A DNA stretch of 32,000 bases from Thermoproteus tenax Kra 1 (GTDB lineage: Archaea > Thermoproteota > Thermoprotei > Thermoproteales > Thermoproteaceae). The stretch's first letter is position 1. Every line of letters begins with the position of its first letter. This document shows positions 7,423 through 15,957 of this stretch, in pieces. The notes below the pieces were generated by a model. The model saw nothing but the letters and a program-made list of their open reading frames with translations, made no database searches and was not told the DNA's origin. The stretch is taken from NCBI RefSeq assembly GCF_000253055.1, contig NC_016070.1, positions 1,380,001-1,412,000 of the forward strand. The letters are read 5' to 3'. A program made the position numbers and the translations under genes.

Positions 7423-10252
7423 ACCTCTTGACCACCAGCCCCCTTTGAGACAGCAACTCAAGATATCTCAGAATTACGTTTTTGTCTTGTGACGTCTCCT
7501 CGGCCAATCTATCTATATCTAGCTCAGTCCCTGGGCCCTTGGAGGCCACGGCCCAAAGGACTTGGTAGGGCACGCCAAGCTCTTCGGCCTTTAGCTTAAG
7601 TGTGCCCTCTATATCTGAGCTCGCAAGGCCCAGACGGCTTCTTATCCAACTAGCTGCGTTATCTCTCAACCTCGCAGCGTTCTTAAAGGCCTCGTATTTC
7701 TCTCTGGCCCGCGACGAGTAGATTCTCAATAGCGCCAAGTATTCCTCCAACCAAGGTTCAGGCAAATTCAACAAGAGCTCTAGGTCTGTCTCGACAGATA
7801 TGTTATCGCCTAACTCGGAGACTATGGGGCGCAGTGAGGTCCATATTGAGCGGATTTCGTCGACCTTAGCGACTACATCGGTTTCTCTTTTGAGAACGCT
7901 CTCGTCTAACGCCATGAACTTGATCCGTTGGGGCAACCTCTCCGCAATCTTCTCGAGCTGTTCTGCTAGCTCTTTTTTCCTCTGCGCCTCTCGCTCCAGT
8001 TCCTCCCTTATTTCCGCTGCCTTCTCTTGTATTTCCAGCAGAGTCCTCTTCAGCTCTATCACCAGCTTGGCATAGTCCTCTCTGTTTCTGAAGTCTCTGT
8101 TGCGTATCTCTATTTCTATTCTCCTGACGACTTTAATGTCGCCGAATATTTTGCTTTTAACGGAGACAGATATCTCGGCATTCTTTCTTATCTGGCCGTA
8201 GAGCTCGTCGAGGTATTTGGATGACGCCTCGGGCGTGAACCGCATGTAAGTCCTCTCGCCCCTAGGCACAAGAAGGCCGACGTACACCATCAAGGCAATT
8301 AAGTCGTCCTCGCGTATGTCCCTCCACAGGTTGACCGGGAATAGCCTTGTTATCAACGATTTCAACTCCCTTTCGTGGATAACGTCTCCGATCTTCCTCA
8401 GAAGGATCTCCGTTATTGTCCCGAAGGAGGCCATTCCCTCGGGCGTCTCGCCCGAGATTATCTGCTCAGCCGCCTTTAGCAGAGAGAGCTCCTTTTTCTC
8501 CTTCCCTCTCCTTAAGGCCAGAGTATACTTCAGCACGTGTTCGCGCAACTTCTCGCGGGAAAGCTTGGCGTTCTCCACGAACTCCAACGGCTCGGGCTCC
8601 TTCTGCAGAAGCTTATTAATATAATATTTTATTATCTTATTTTTTATTTTATCTAATTTATCTGCTCCATAAATAGATATATACATAAATTCGTTAGAGC
8701 TATCTAAGTATGAATTTTTCCAACTTAATTTCAATACCGGCCCGATGGATCTCTCGATCTCCTCTGACAAGAGTACCGGCGAGAATATAAACCCAAGCAG
8801 ATAGTCTATTGGATAGCTTTCAATAGAGCCTTCCATTATTATCTTATTTAATTTATCTTTAAGATTTGATAATGATTCCTCATTATCTATATAAGCTATA
8901 ATGAATAATTCTCTAAATCCGAGAGTATTTATCCATACGGCCTTTCCGCAACATAGCTTGAACTTAATGCCGTTGAGCCCCAATAGGTTTTCCAGTTCAT
9001 CTATCAACTGCGATGGATCTTGTAGGCGTCGAATCAGATCCTCCTTTACCTTTATCAGATCGCTTCCTTCGTCAATCCTCTTGCCTAGCTCGTCGGCTAC
9101 TAGATAGCCCTCGTCGAATAGATAGTCGCTGAGCTCTTCTACTATTTTGTCAGAAAATAGATATACCACTAAGTCTCCTTGTTCTAACGTTGTATAATAG
9201 AGATAGGGCTCATATGATACAGACCTCTCGTCCATCAGATCTATCCTTATTCCTCTCATCTCCAATAGCTCTTTAACTATATTCATACCCTCTTTATCCG
9301 AAAATCTTATTTTATATATGTATACTTTTTTAAATAAATCTTTAAATTTCTCAGACACATTCTTGACAGGTATCCCCGATGTGGCGTACTCGGCGATCTC
9401 TCTATGGGGGATCTCTAGACCTTCCTCAATGATTATGTCGGCTACGCCGCCGCCTTTCATTTTGAGCTCGTACAGCCTGGCAGTTAGCTTGAGAAGCGAT
9501 CTAGGGCTCACCTCTCTCTTCTTCATGGCTATGTGATACAATGCTGCTAGCTCGTGGAGAGCAAAGGGGCCAAGCTCCTTTTCCGAACCGGCGGAATAGG
9601 CTTGTATCCTAGACTTGACGATCTCTACATAGAGCCAGAACGGAAATCTGGTGTCTATCTGGATCTCTCTATAGACTCTGCCCGTTGTTATATCGAATAC
9701 GTCCGGTATTATATTCTTTAGTATTGTATAGTAAACTTGGGGAGTTAGTGCCGCTATTATCAAAACTTGGTCGTAATCTTCAGGGTTTTTCAATACGTGG
9801 GGATAGTTCTTCGGCTCCAACAGAGCTCTCACAACGGAGGCTAGATCCATGACCGCCCTCCTGAACTCCTCGTAGGATAGGGCGCCGAGCTTGTGCACTG
9901 CGGCGAGGCGCGATAGCTCATCAGCCTCGTCTATGAGAACGATGAGGGGTTCGCCGGCTTTTTTTCCTCCGAGGCTCTGGAGAGCTTCCTCACGAAAGGC
10001 GCCAGTGAGCGCCAACCTCACCACCTTTAGCCCTCTCCTTTGCGCCTCCTCGTACACTTCGTCGAGGAACTCGCTCTTACCATAGCCGTAAGGAGCTACG
10101 ACGACTGAGAGAATATTGTTCTTGGTCTTTGTTACAAGATCCAACAGTTCTATGACTTGTTTCAACTCTTTTTCGAATCCTACAGCACGGTGTAGCCTGT
10201 GGACGTGAGTGACCCCCGATGGATGGAACGGAAGATCCAGAATATTATACAT
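7412..10252 (-). CDS. large AAA+/STAND-like P-loop NTPase (946 aa) with a helical/coiled-coil body and a C-terminal winged-helix-like tail
   Basis: VGFEKELKQVIELL precedes Walker A (VVVAPYGYGKSEFL). Walker B is EPLIVLIDEADEL and LIIAALT is sensor-1-like, an ORC/Cdc6 or 'archaeal ATPase'-like layout. A coiled coil (EIQEKAAEIREELEREAQRKKELAEQLEKIAE) is present. The C-terminus DKNVILRYLELLSQRGLVVKRYVS is wHTH-like. The gene appears leaderless, with an atatata box at 10275-10281. Confidence 0.75.
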   Translation of the reverse strand: MYNILDLPFHPSGVTHVHRLHRAVGFEKELKQVIELLDLVTKTKNNILSVVVAPYGYGKSEFLDEVYEEAQRRGLKVVRLALTGAFREEALQSLGGKKAGEPLIVLIDEADELSRLAAVHKLGALSYEEFRRAVMDLASVVRALLEPKNYPHVLKNPEDYDQVLIIAALTPQVYYTILKNIIPDVFDITTGRVYREIQIDTRFPFWLYVEIVKSRIQAYSAGSEKELGPFALHELAALYHIAMKKREVSPRSLLKLTARLYELKMKGGGVADIIIEEGLEIPHREIAEYATSGIPVKNVSEKFKDLFKKVYIYKIRFSDKEGMNIVKELLEMRGIRIDLMDERSVSYEPYLYYTTLEQGDLVVYLFSDKIVEELSDYLFDEGYLVADELGKRIDEGSDLIKVKEDLIRRLQDPSQLIDELENLLGLNGIKFKLCCGKAVWINTLGFRELFIIAYIDNEESLSNLKDKLNKIIMEGSIESYPIDYLLGFIFSPVLLSEEIERSIGPVLKLSWKNSYLDSSNEFMYISIYGADKLDKIKNKIIKYYINKLLQKEPEPLEFVENAKLSREKLREHVLKYTLALRRGKEKKELSLLKAAEQIISGETPEGMASFGTITEILLRKIGDVIHERELKSLITRLFPVNLWRDIREDDLIALMVYVGLLVPRGERTYMRFTPEASSKYLDELYGQIRKNAEISVSVKSKIFGDIKVVRRIEIEIRNRDFRNREDYAKLVIELKRTLLEIQEKAAEIREELEREAQRKKELAEQLEKIAERLPQRIKFMALDESVLKRETDVVAKVDEIRSIWTSLRPIVSELGDNISVETDLELLLNLPEPWLEEYLALLRIYSSRAREKYEAFKNAARLRDNAASWIRSRLGLASSDIEGTLKLKAEELGVPYQVLWAVASKGPGTELDIDRLAEETSQDKNVILRYLELLSQRGLVVKRYVS

Positions 10253-10274
10253 GCTTGAGGTATCCCGATCGACA

Positions 10275-10281
10275 ATATATA
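10275..10281 (-). promoter_or_regulatory. TATA box of the ATPase/NurA operon (palindromic, possibly bidirectional)
   Basis: atatata lies 23-29 nt upstream of the ATG at 10252. Confidence 0.5.
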
Positions 10282-10304
10282 GTCTGTAAACAATTTACAA
10301 CCGA

Positions 10305-10440
10305 AAGCCTCGCCCTTCGGGGCGGGGATGGGTTCTGCGATTTTTTAATCGCTCCAGCCGCGCGCACATAACCCCAAGGAGGGGCAACGGGCGAGGCCCC
10401 CCACAGTGGAGGCCCAGCCCTTTAGGGCGGGGAGCGCGGT
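10305..10440. ncRNA. GC-rich island between divergent promoters; candidate structured RNA, family unresolved
   Basis: Two near-identical 17-mers form GC hairpins: gcccttcggggcgggga (10312-10328) and gccctttagggcgggga (10417-10433). There is also a gcgatt-tttt-aatcgc hairpin and long-range ccgcgc/gcgcgg pairing. The track ORF 10295..10549(-) is not protein-like. Confidence 0.3.
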
Positions 10441-10477
10441 CATAAATGGTAAAAACCCTACTCTCCCTCCGTAGTCC

Positions 10478-10951
10478 GTGGCTATACAGCGATGTACTAG
10501 CGATTACCTTAAGGGAGTTTACGATGTAGAGTTGGAGTCCTTCAATCAATACGATGTATATAGCCTTGAATTACTTAAGTTTTTATGCTCATTTTGTGGA
10601 GATTATTCGTATGTCTTTATTGATAATAATGAAATATTAGGATATATTATTACATGTAAAGATGACGATTCTGCACATATTATCTCCATCGCAGTCAAGA
10701 GGAAGGCAAGACGGAGGGGCATAGGAAGCGCGCTACTTTGTACTGCCTTGAGGCTACTTGAAAGAGGAGAGGTAAAGAAGGTATATTTAGAGGTACGCGT
10801 GAGCAACTCCGACGCTATAAGGCTCTATGAAAAAGCTGGATTTAAGATCGTCGAAACACTGGAGGGCTACTACGGCGATGGTGAGGCGGGATATAGGATG
10901 GAGATAACAGATAGAAAGATAGCAAAAGAATTTTGTAAAAATTATAAATAA
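10478..10951 (+). CDS. rimI: GNAT N-acetyltransferase, RimI/Ard1-like
   Basis: The acetyl-CoA binding motif is ISIAVKRKARRRGIGSALL, followed by LEVRVSNSDAIRLYEKAGFK. GTG start about 25 nt downstream of an A/T box at 10442-10457. Confidence 0.85.
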   Translation: MAIQRCTSDYLKGVYDVELESFNQYDVYSLELLKFLCSFCGDYSYVFIDNNEILGYIITCKDDDSAHIISIAVKRKARRRGIGSALLCTALRLLERGEVKKVYLEVRVSNSDAIRLYEKAGFKIVETLEGYYGDGEAGYRMEITDRKIAKEFCKNYK

Positions 10952-11098
10952 TTTATTTTCTTACTATAATATTTCTTAATTGAAATAATAAATATTTTTA
11001 TTTTGTTATTACTATATAGTATCTTTATGTAATCTTCCAGTGATATATCGCCTGAAATATACAATTTATCCAACAAGTTCACGCATTTCTAGTCGCCT

Positions 11099-11138
11099 AA
11101 AAACACCTTCTATGCTCTATAGTGTAGAGGGTGTTTTT
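11099..11138. promoter_or_regulatory. 9-bp inverted repeat (aaaaacacc / ggtgttttt) just upstream of the ParA-like gene
   Basis: Arms at 11099-11107 and 11130-11138 are separated by a 22-nt spacer that contains ctatag. The repeat ends 18 nt before the GTG at 11156. It could be an operator or a hairpin. Confidence 0.3.
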
Positions 11139-11155
11139 AACCCACATAGGAAGAT

Positions 11156-11704
11156 GTGGACATCTGCGTGGCCTCTGGAGCAAAGGGGGGCACCGGCAAA
11201 ACGACCTTTAGCTTCATACTAGGCCACATATTAAACTATTTATATAAAGACAATATTATACTTATAAATCTATCAAAAATACCATATAATATAAAAACAG
11301 ATTTATATATATCTACTGATATTAATGAGGGAGGTTCCCTCAGAGTCCTCGACTTCCCTGCCTTTCAGATGTCCGACAGATACCTATTGAGCCTATATCT
11401 CTCCTGTAAAAACATGGTTTTTGTAGTTGATGAAGATCCCTACACGGCTGAAATAGCCGAGGCCTTTCTTCGCCTTTTAAATAATAAAAATATTGCAATA
11501 ATTATTAATATGATCATAGGTAAACCTTCTATAAAATATTTAATAAAATATAGAAAAATATCAAATATATATTTAGTACCATACGATGAAAATATAAGAA
11601 TATATAGGACAGAGGGTCTTGATCCCATAAGGGTCAGAAGCCCAGGGGTCGCCAAAATGATCAGGGCGGCCGTCGACATTGCAAGAAGATTAAATAGCTC
11701 ATAA
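11156..11704 (+). CDS. short ParA/MinD-family P-loop ATPase (182 aa)
   Basis: The deviant Walker A is SGAKGGTGKTT at the N-terminus. MVFVVDEDP is Walker B-like. Two AT-rich patches encode N/I/K/Y-rich segments. Confidence 0.75.
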   Translation: MDICVASGAKGGTGKTTFSFILGHILNYLYKDNIILINLSKIPYNIKTDLYISTDINEGGSLRVLDFPAFQMSDRYLLSLYLSCKNMVFVVDEDPYTAEIAEAFLRLLNNKNIAIIINMIIGKPSIKYLIKYRKISNIYLVPYDENIRIYRTEGLDPIRVRSPGVAKMIRAAVDIARRLNSS

Positions 11705-11716
11705 CAGCAGTGACAC

Positions 11717-12520
11717 GTGAGAGGTCTTGTTGTTAAGATAGGGCGGGAGAGGATCCTCTTAGTTGCTGATACTCACGTGGGCTACGAGGTTGAATTAAGG
11801 CTTAACGGAATATATGCAACTAGCCAGACGGCGCGACTAAGGAAAAACTTAATAGAGTGGGGCGAGGAGGTAGGCGCGAACACGCTGGCTATTTTGGGCG
11901 ATATTAAACACGAGCTGCCAGTGCCCCGCGAGACCGCCAGTGAGGTTAGAGAGTTTCTGAAGGATCTGTCTAAGAGCTTCGAAAGAGTGATCCTAATACC
12001 GGGCAATCATGATTCAATGATAGATGAGATAGCTGATGGCATCCAGGGGGTTTACGTGGCCGACAGCAGGGGAGTTCTCCTAGAGGGCCCGCGCAACGTG
12101 CTCCTCCTGCATGGACACGCTAAACCGCGCCCTGAGGACCTAGCGGCGTCGGACGTATTGGTTATGGGACACACTCACCCCGCTCTGTCTATTGTCGACG
12201 AAATAGGATACATCTCTAGAGAGCCTGTTATTCTCAAAATAACCCAGAACAAGGGCGAGCTTTTCAGGAGGATGTTCGGCGGTGAGGCCGAGGGCGGCTA
12301 TATAAAGGTCGTGGTACTGCCGGCCTCACACCCTCTCATAACGGGCTATGATATCATTAATTTAATCCAGCTAAATAACGATGAAAGAACTATTATGAAA
12401 TATATGAATTTAGATTATAGATCAATTGAGGTATATTTAACTGATTTTACATTTCTAGGAACGTTAGATGTTGTAGCGGAGTCTAAAGAGGAGAGTCGGC
12501 TTGAGATGGTGACATCATAG
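11717..12520 (+). CDS. calcineurin-like metallophosphoesterase (ICC-like, COG1407-type)
   Basis: Motifs are LLVADTHVG, ILGDIKH, IPGNHD, LLHGH and MGHTHP, in the canonical metallophosphoesterase order. Confidence 0.85.
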   Translation: MRGLVVKIGRERILLVADTHVGYEVELRLNGIYATSQTARLRKNLIEWGEEVGANTLAILGDIKHELPVPRETASEVREFLKDLSKSFERVILIPGNHDSMIDEIADGIQGVYVADSRGVLLEGPRNVLLLHGHAKPRPEDLAASDVLVMGHTHPALSIVDEIGYISREPVILKITQNKGELFRRMFGGEAEGGYIKVVVLPASHPLITGYDIINLIQLNNDERTIMKYMNLDYRSIEVYLTDFTFLGTLDVVAESKEESRLEMVTS

Positions 12521-12521
12521 C

Positions 12522-13835
12522 TCAGGCGCTGCCCGCTCCCCTCATCGTATCTCCAAGTTCATCGCTTGGATATAAATATTTCAGAAGCTGGCTCACTCTT
12601 TCAATTTCTTCGAAGTTCTCATTGAGCCTTATAAGGCCTAACCTTATGCAGGAAGCCCTTGACATAGCTCTCTCGGTCTTAGACGACGTGTAAATGACTG
12701 CCTTCTTTCTGTCATAGTATATCTTCTTCAGGACCCCTAGGCCGAGGAGGAAACCCTCAGAGTCCTCAATGCCGATTAACAGTCCTCTTTCGAATCCCTC
12801 GGGCAGTCCGACCACTTTAAATGCGCCTATTCTTCTTGAGATCCATTGGTCGGTGATTATGTAGAGTGTCGAGCCCGCTTGGTTTGCGTAGGTGATATGA
12901 GAGTTCACGATGCGCGACGCCATGGCTCTGAGCTCGCTCCCCAGATCTACTCCTCGAAATAGGCCCAGCCCGCATAGTGGTAACTTGTCCAGGTCGATGG
13001 AGAGCTCCCTGAGGGGAAAGATGAATCTGGCATAGCTCATCTCTCTGTGGATCTTTCTATCTTCCTTCGTGCGTAGCCGGGCAGCCGGAGGCGGTCTCAC
13101 AATGGTCACGTTGGAATAGCCCTTGATTATCTCATCGAGCTCGTTTTCTATCTTTATTGCTACTATGTTGTTGGGTCTCAGCTCTGTTAACAAGGATCTC
13201 TTATACTCTATGGCCTCTCTCCCGTTTATCCACCCGTCTGTATTCACAATGATCGCGTCCACTGACCACGTCCTTCTGGCATAAGCAATTAGCCTCTTGA
13301 CGGCCTCTACGGCGCGCGGCCAGATCCTCTCAAGGCTCGTCGACTGCATAAATACAGACTTCTCGGCCTGCACTTGTCTGAGACTTGTAATCGGGCGCGT
13401 TACTCTGCTTATCGATATGGTGGTGGGAGGGCCAATGTCGTTCTGACCCACATCTGCGTCGATGACGGCCACCCTCAAGCCGTTCAACAGCGCCTTGTTG
13501 GCCAAAACTGCAGTCATGGTGGACTTCCCAACGTCTATTGATCCTATAACTATTGACGTGCCGCTTAAGGCCAGCTTGGAGATAGCGCCTTCCCACTCGT
13601 CCAACACCTCTTCGCCTGGCTTTGCCAGCTCCAAAACTGCGTTCGGCCCCAACGTCACGCTGACCTTGGCCCTCTCTATCGCCTTGAAGGCCAACTTTCT
13701 AGCCCTTAGGACGGTGAAGTGGCTACCGCCCGAATATATCGCGCCCACCGCGTACACCGAGCCCTCCATGACGTCTATTCTGGCCGGTCCCTCAACGCGA
13801 TATATCTGGCCAGGCTCCAGAAGGTAAATCTTCAC
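12522..13835 (-). CDS. Clp1/Grc3-like polynucleotide 5'-hydroxyl kinase (P-loop)
   Basis: An N-terminal beta domain precedes Walker A (IVIGSIDVGKSTMTAVLAN). Also present are AVIDADVGQNDIGPP and IIVNTDGWI. The layout matches archaeal Clp1-family kinases. GTG start. Confidence 0.8.
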   Translation of the reverse strand: MKIYLLEPGQIYRVEGPARIDVMEGSVYAVGAIYSGGSHFTVLRARKLAFKAIERAKVSVTLGPNAVLELAKPGEEVLDEWEGAISKLALSGTSIVIGSIDVGKSTMTAVLANKALLNGLRVAVIDADVGQNDIGPPTTISISRVTRPITSLRQVQAEKSVFMQSTSLERIWPRAVEAVKRLIAYARRTWSVDAIIVNTDGWINGREAIEYKRSLLTELRPNNIVAIKIENELDEIIKGYSNVTIVRPPPAARLRTKEDRKIHREMSYARFIFPLRELSIDLDKLPLCGLGLFRGVDLGSELRAMASRIVNSHITYANQAGSTLYIITDQWISRRIGAFKVVGLPEGFERGLLIGIEDSEGFLLGLGVLKKIYYDRKKAVIYTSSKTERAMSRASCIRLGLIRLNENFEEIERVSQLLKYLYPSDELGDTMRGAGSA

Positions 13836-13970
13836 AGAAGCTTATAACATCAGCTTTTTTAGCTTTGGGTCGTCCCCGCCTTCATCCTTTAAGGCTGGGG
13901 TAATAGGTGGTAATCAGCCCCAGTGTTTTTATTTCGATGGAACAACAAAAACGTGGAGTGTTATGCAACA

Positions 13971-15002
13971 ATGCAGGAGATAGCTTGTCTATTTCCCTAC
14001 CTTGATAAATCGGGCGAATATCTCTTCGCGCGGGGCATAACCTTGGAAAGTGCACTCAACTCCGACCACATAGTTAAAAGAGCTATCGACATAGTCGAGG
14101 AATCCCTTAAGAGGATGAAGAATAGGCCCTGTGTCGACGAGCCCGAGGTCGAGGCCGCCGCGTCTAGACTGGCTTTATACATAATTACAGGAGCCTCCAA
14201 TATATACCTATTGAGGCGTTTCGCAGATAGCCAAAGTAAGATGTTCACCTATAGGCTGAGGAATACGCCGGGAATTCAATCGTATGAATGCAAGGCAGAG
14301 ATAGCGTCAGACCTAGGGCTCAGTGTCGCCATGGCCCGCAACGTTGTCAAAGGCTCTCTTTTGGCGGCGACATACCCCATAGCGATCAGATGGCGCGACT
14401 ACATCAGATATGCGCCCCAAGATCCAGACTGGGCTATGATAAACAGACCTGTAGTAAGCGGATGGGTATTACTAGACGTCAACGACTTCGAAAGAGTTCT
14501 TGAAGACGCCTATGAGGCGAAGATACTCAAGATGGCCTCGAGGGAGGACGTTGGATATATTGTCGGCCTTCTCTCGAAGGTGGAACCTATATATCGTGAG
14601 ATTGCCAAGCTCAGATCGCTGAGACCTGTCACCATCAGAGCTGAAGGGCGCGGGGAAGATCCCCCGTGCATGCGGGCCATAATTGAGTCAATTAGGAAGG
14701 GCGAGAACGCGCCTCACACTGCCCGCTTTGCAATAACGACGTATCTCTTGAGGAGGGGGTGGGATGTGGAGCAGATAGTAGATCTGTTCCGTTCGTCGCC
14801 AGATTTTAATGAGAAGATCACAAGATATCAAGTGCAACACATAGCGGGGCAAGTCGGCGGGAGGAAGGAGTACTCAGTGCCCAGCTGCGAGACGATGAAC
14901 TCGTGGGGGCTTTGTCCTACAAACCTAGGATGTGGAGTCAAGAACCCCGTGCAGTATGGCAGAAGAGCTAGTAGAGCTACTGAGGCGAGTAGGCCTCAGT
15001 AG
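13971..15002 (+). CDS. priL: DNA primase large subunit PriL
   Basis: The C-terminal Fe-S domain reads PPCMRAIIESIRKGENAPHTARFAITTYLLRRGWDVEQIVDLF...YQVQHIAG...YSVPSCETMNSWGLCP...CGVKNPVQY. Confidence 0.9.
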   Translation: MQEIACLFPYLDKSGEYLFARGITLESALNSDHIVKRAIDIVEESLKRMKNRPCVDEPEVEAAASRLALYIITGASNIYLLRRFADSQSKMFTYRLRNTPGIQSYECKAEIASDLGLSVAMARNVVKGSLLAATYPIAIRWRDYIRYAPQDPDWAMINRPVVSGWVLLDVNDFERVLEDAYEAKILKMASREDVGYIVGLLSKVEPIYREIAKLRSLRPVTIRAEGRGEDPPCMRAIIESIRKGENAPHTARFAITTYLLRRGWDVEQIVDLFRSSPDFNEKITRYQVQHIAGQVGGRKEYSVPSCETMNSWGLCPTNLGCGVKNPVQYGRRASRATEASRPQ

Positions 15003-15696
15003 GATACTCGCCATAGAGAAGAGAGATCCTCAATATTTGGCGGTCTGTAGAGTCTGTGAGAACAGAGGAGCGGATGAGACCGCTAGACTAGTCATGCTTA
15101 ACGCCTTGATCAGCTACAGGCTTACAGGCAAGGGCGAGGAGCATTGGATGTACTTCGCTGACTTCTTCTCAACGCGACGTAATATCGATATATGTAAAGA
15201 ATTTTTTGAATATCTATCCAAAAGTCCCTATCTAATACTCAATAGGAATGCAAGAATGAGCAGAGTGAGAAAAGCTTGTGGAATAAAGCCCGATATAGAC
15301 GACTTAATCAAAACATGGAACAAACTGGCTCTGACGTTAGACGTAGACCCCAACTCAAAGACCGTCGTATTCGCGTTGAAAATGCTCAACTACGTCTATA
15401 TGTGCTGTAGAGGAGTAGATAGGCCTGTCCCCTTTGAGATCCCCATCCCCGTCGACTACAGAGTAGCCCGCATGACCTCTTGTCTCGGTTTGATAGCGAT
15501 GACTCCCGAGGAGGCCATGAGAAGATACAGAGAGATACAAACTGTCTGGAGGCGTATTGCTGAGGCCAGCGGGATACCTCCTTTGCATATAGATACCCTG
15601 CTCTGGCTGGCCGCGCGGGCGGTGCTCTACAGCGATACAGAAAATGAAGTCCCTAGAGAGCTAGTGGAGTTTTTCAAGAGATTTTGCAAGGGCTAG
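14956..15696 (+). CDS. archaeal 8-oxoguanine DNA glycosylase/lyase (AGOG)
   Basis: Motifs are RDPQYLAV, LNALISYRLTGKGEEHW, KTVVFALKMLNYVYMC, PIPVDYRVARMT and IPPLHIDTLLWLA. They closely resemble Pyrobaculum AGOG as I remember it. The start overlaps the priL 3' end by 47 nt. Confidence 0.85.
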   Translation: MAEELVELLRRVGLSRILAIEKRDPQYLAVCRVCENRGADETARLVMLNALISYRLTGKGEEHWMYFADFFSTRRNIDICKEFFEYLSKSPYLILNRNARMSRVRKACGIKPDIDDLIKTWNKLALTLDVDPNSKTVVFALKMLNYVYMCCRGVDRPVPFEIPIPVDYRVARMTSCLGLIAMTPEEAMRRYREIQTVWRRIAEASGIPPLHIDTLLWLAARAVLYSDTENEVPRELVEFFKRFCKG

Positions 15697-15957
15697 AGTC
15701 CTCCTCTCTATGTCGCTAAGACTCCTCTTTACATCTAGTGTTTTTATCAGAACCACGTAGTCCCCTTCCACTCTCAAGTAGGACGCCTCGGCGAGTTTCT
15801 TAACGATCTCATTGGCGGCGTCTTTACCCAGCCAAAACTCGGCGATTCTGTAAGTGTGCCAGTACTTCGCCTTGACTCTGCCGCCTCTCAGGGCCAGCTC
15901 TTCCAGGAAGTATATCGCCATCTCCGACAGCAGTCTCCTCCTATCTGCAAGGCTCAT
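15661..15957 (-). CDS. hypothetical small protein, possibly winged-helix-like
   Basis: The ORF lies downstream of and overlaps the AcnX small subunit gene. Sequence includes ...IVKKLAEASYLRVEGDYVVLIK... No family recognised and the start is ambiguous. Confidence 0.5.
   Translation of the reverse strand: MSLADRRRLLSEMAIYFLEELALRGGRVKAKYWHTYRIAEFWLGKDAANEIVKKLAEASYLRVEGDYVVLIKTLDVKRSLSDIERRTLALAKSLEKLH

Noticed and set aside
7800-10085. Multiple 64-102-aa plus-strand ORFs inside the ATPase gene, and similar antisense ORFs inside other long genes (for example 2617..3144, 5497..5922, 13462..13827, 17316..17777, 20108..20644)
   Set aside because: They are Ser/Arg/Leu-rich shadow frames antisense to well-supported genes. 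They have no independent promoter geometry or motifs.
7412-10252. HerA helicase or BREX BrxC/PglY identity for the 946-aa ATPase
   Set aside because: The Walker A context and domain order differ from HerA/FtsK-class ATPases. No PglZ, PglX or other BREX genes are nearby. I therefore treat it as an unclassified AAA+/STAND-like protein.
10312-10433. Mini CRISPR array
   Set aside because: There are only two 17-nt imperfect copies about 105 nt apart. There is no regular repeat-spacer periodicity and no cas genes.
10295-10549. 84-aa minus-strand ORF
   Set aside because: It is Arg/Gly/Pro-rich, spans the GC-rich hairpin island and overlaps the rimI start. It is not protein-like.
11040-11222. 60-aa ORF in the AT-rich spacer upstream of the ParA-like gene
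   Set aside because: It has low complexity, overlaps the ParA-like start in another frame, and has no supporting signals.
11156-11704. SegAB- or ParAB-type partition locus
   Set aside because: No downstream DNA-binding partner gene is present. The next gene is a metallophosphoesterase.
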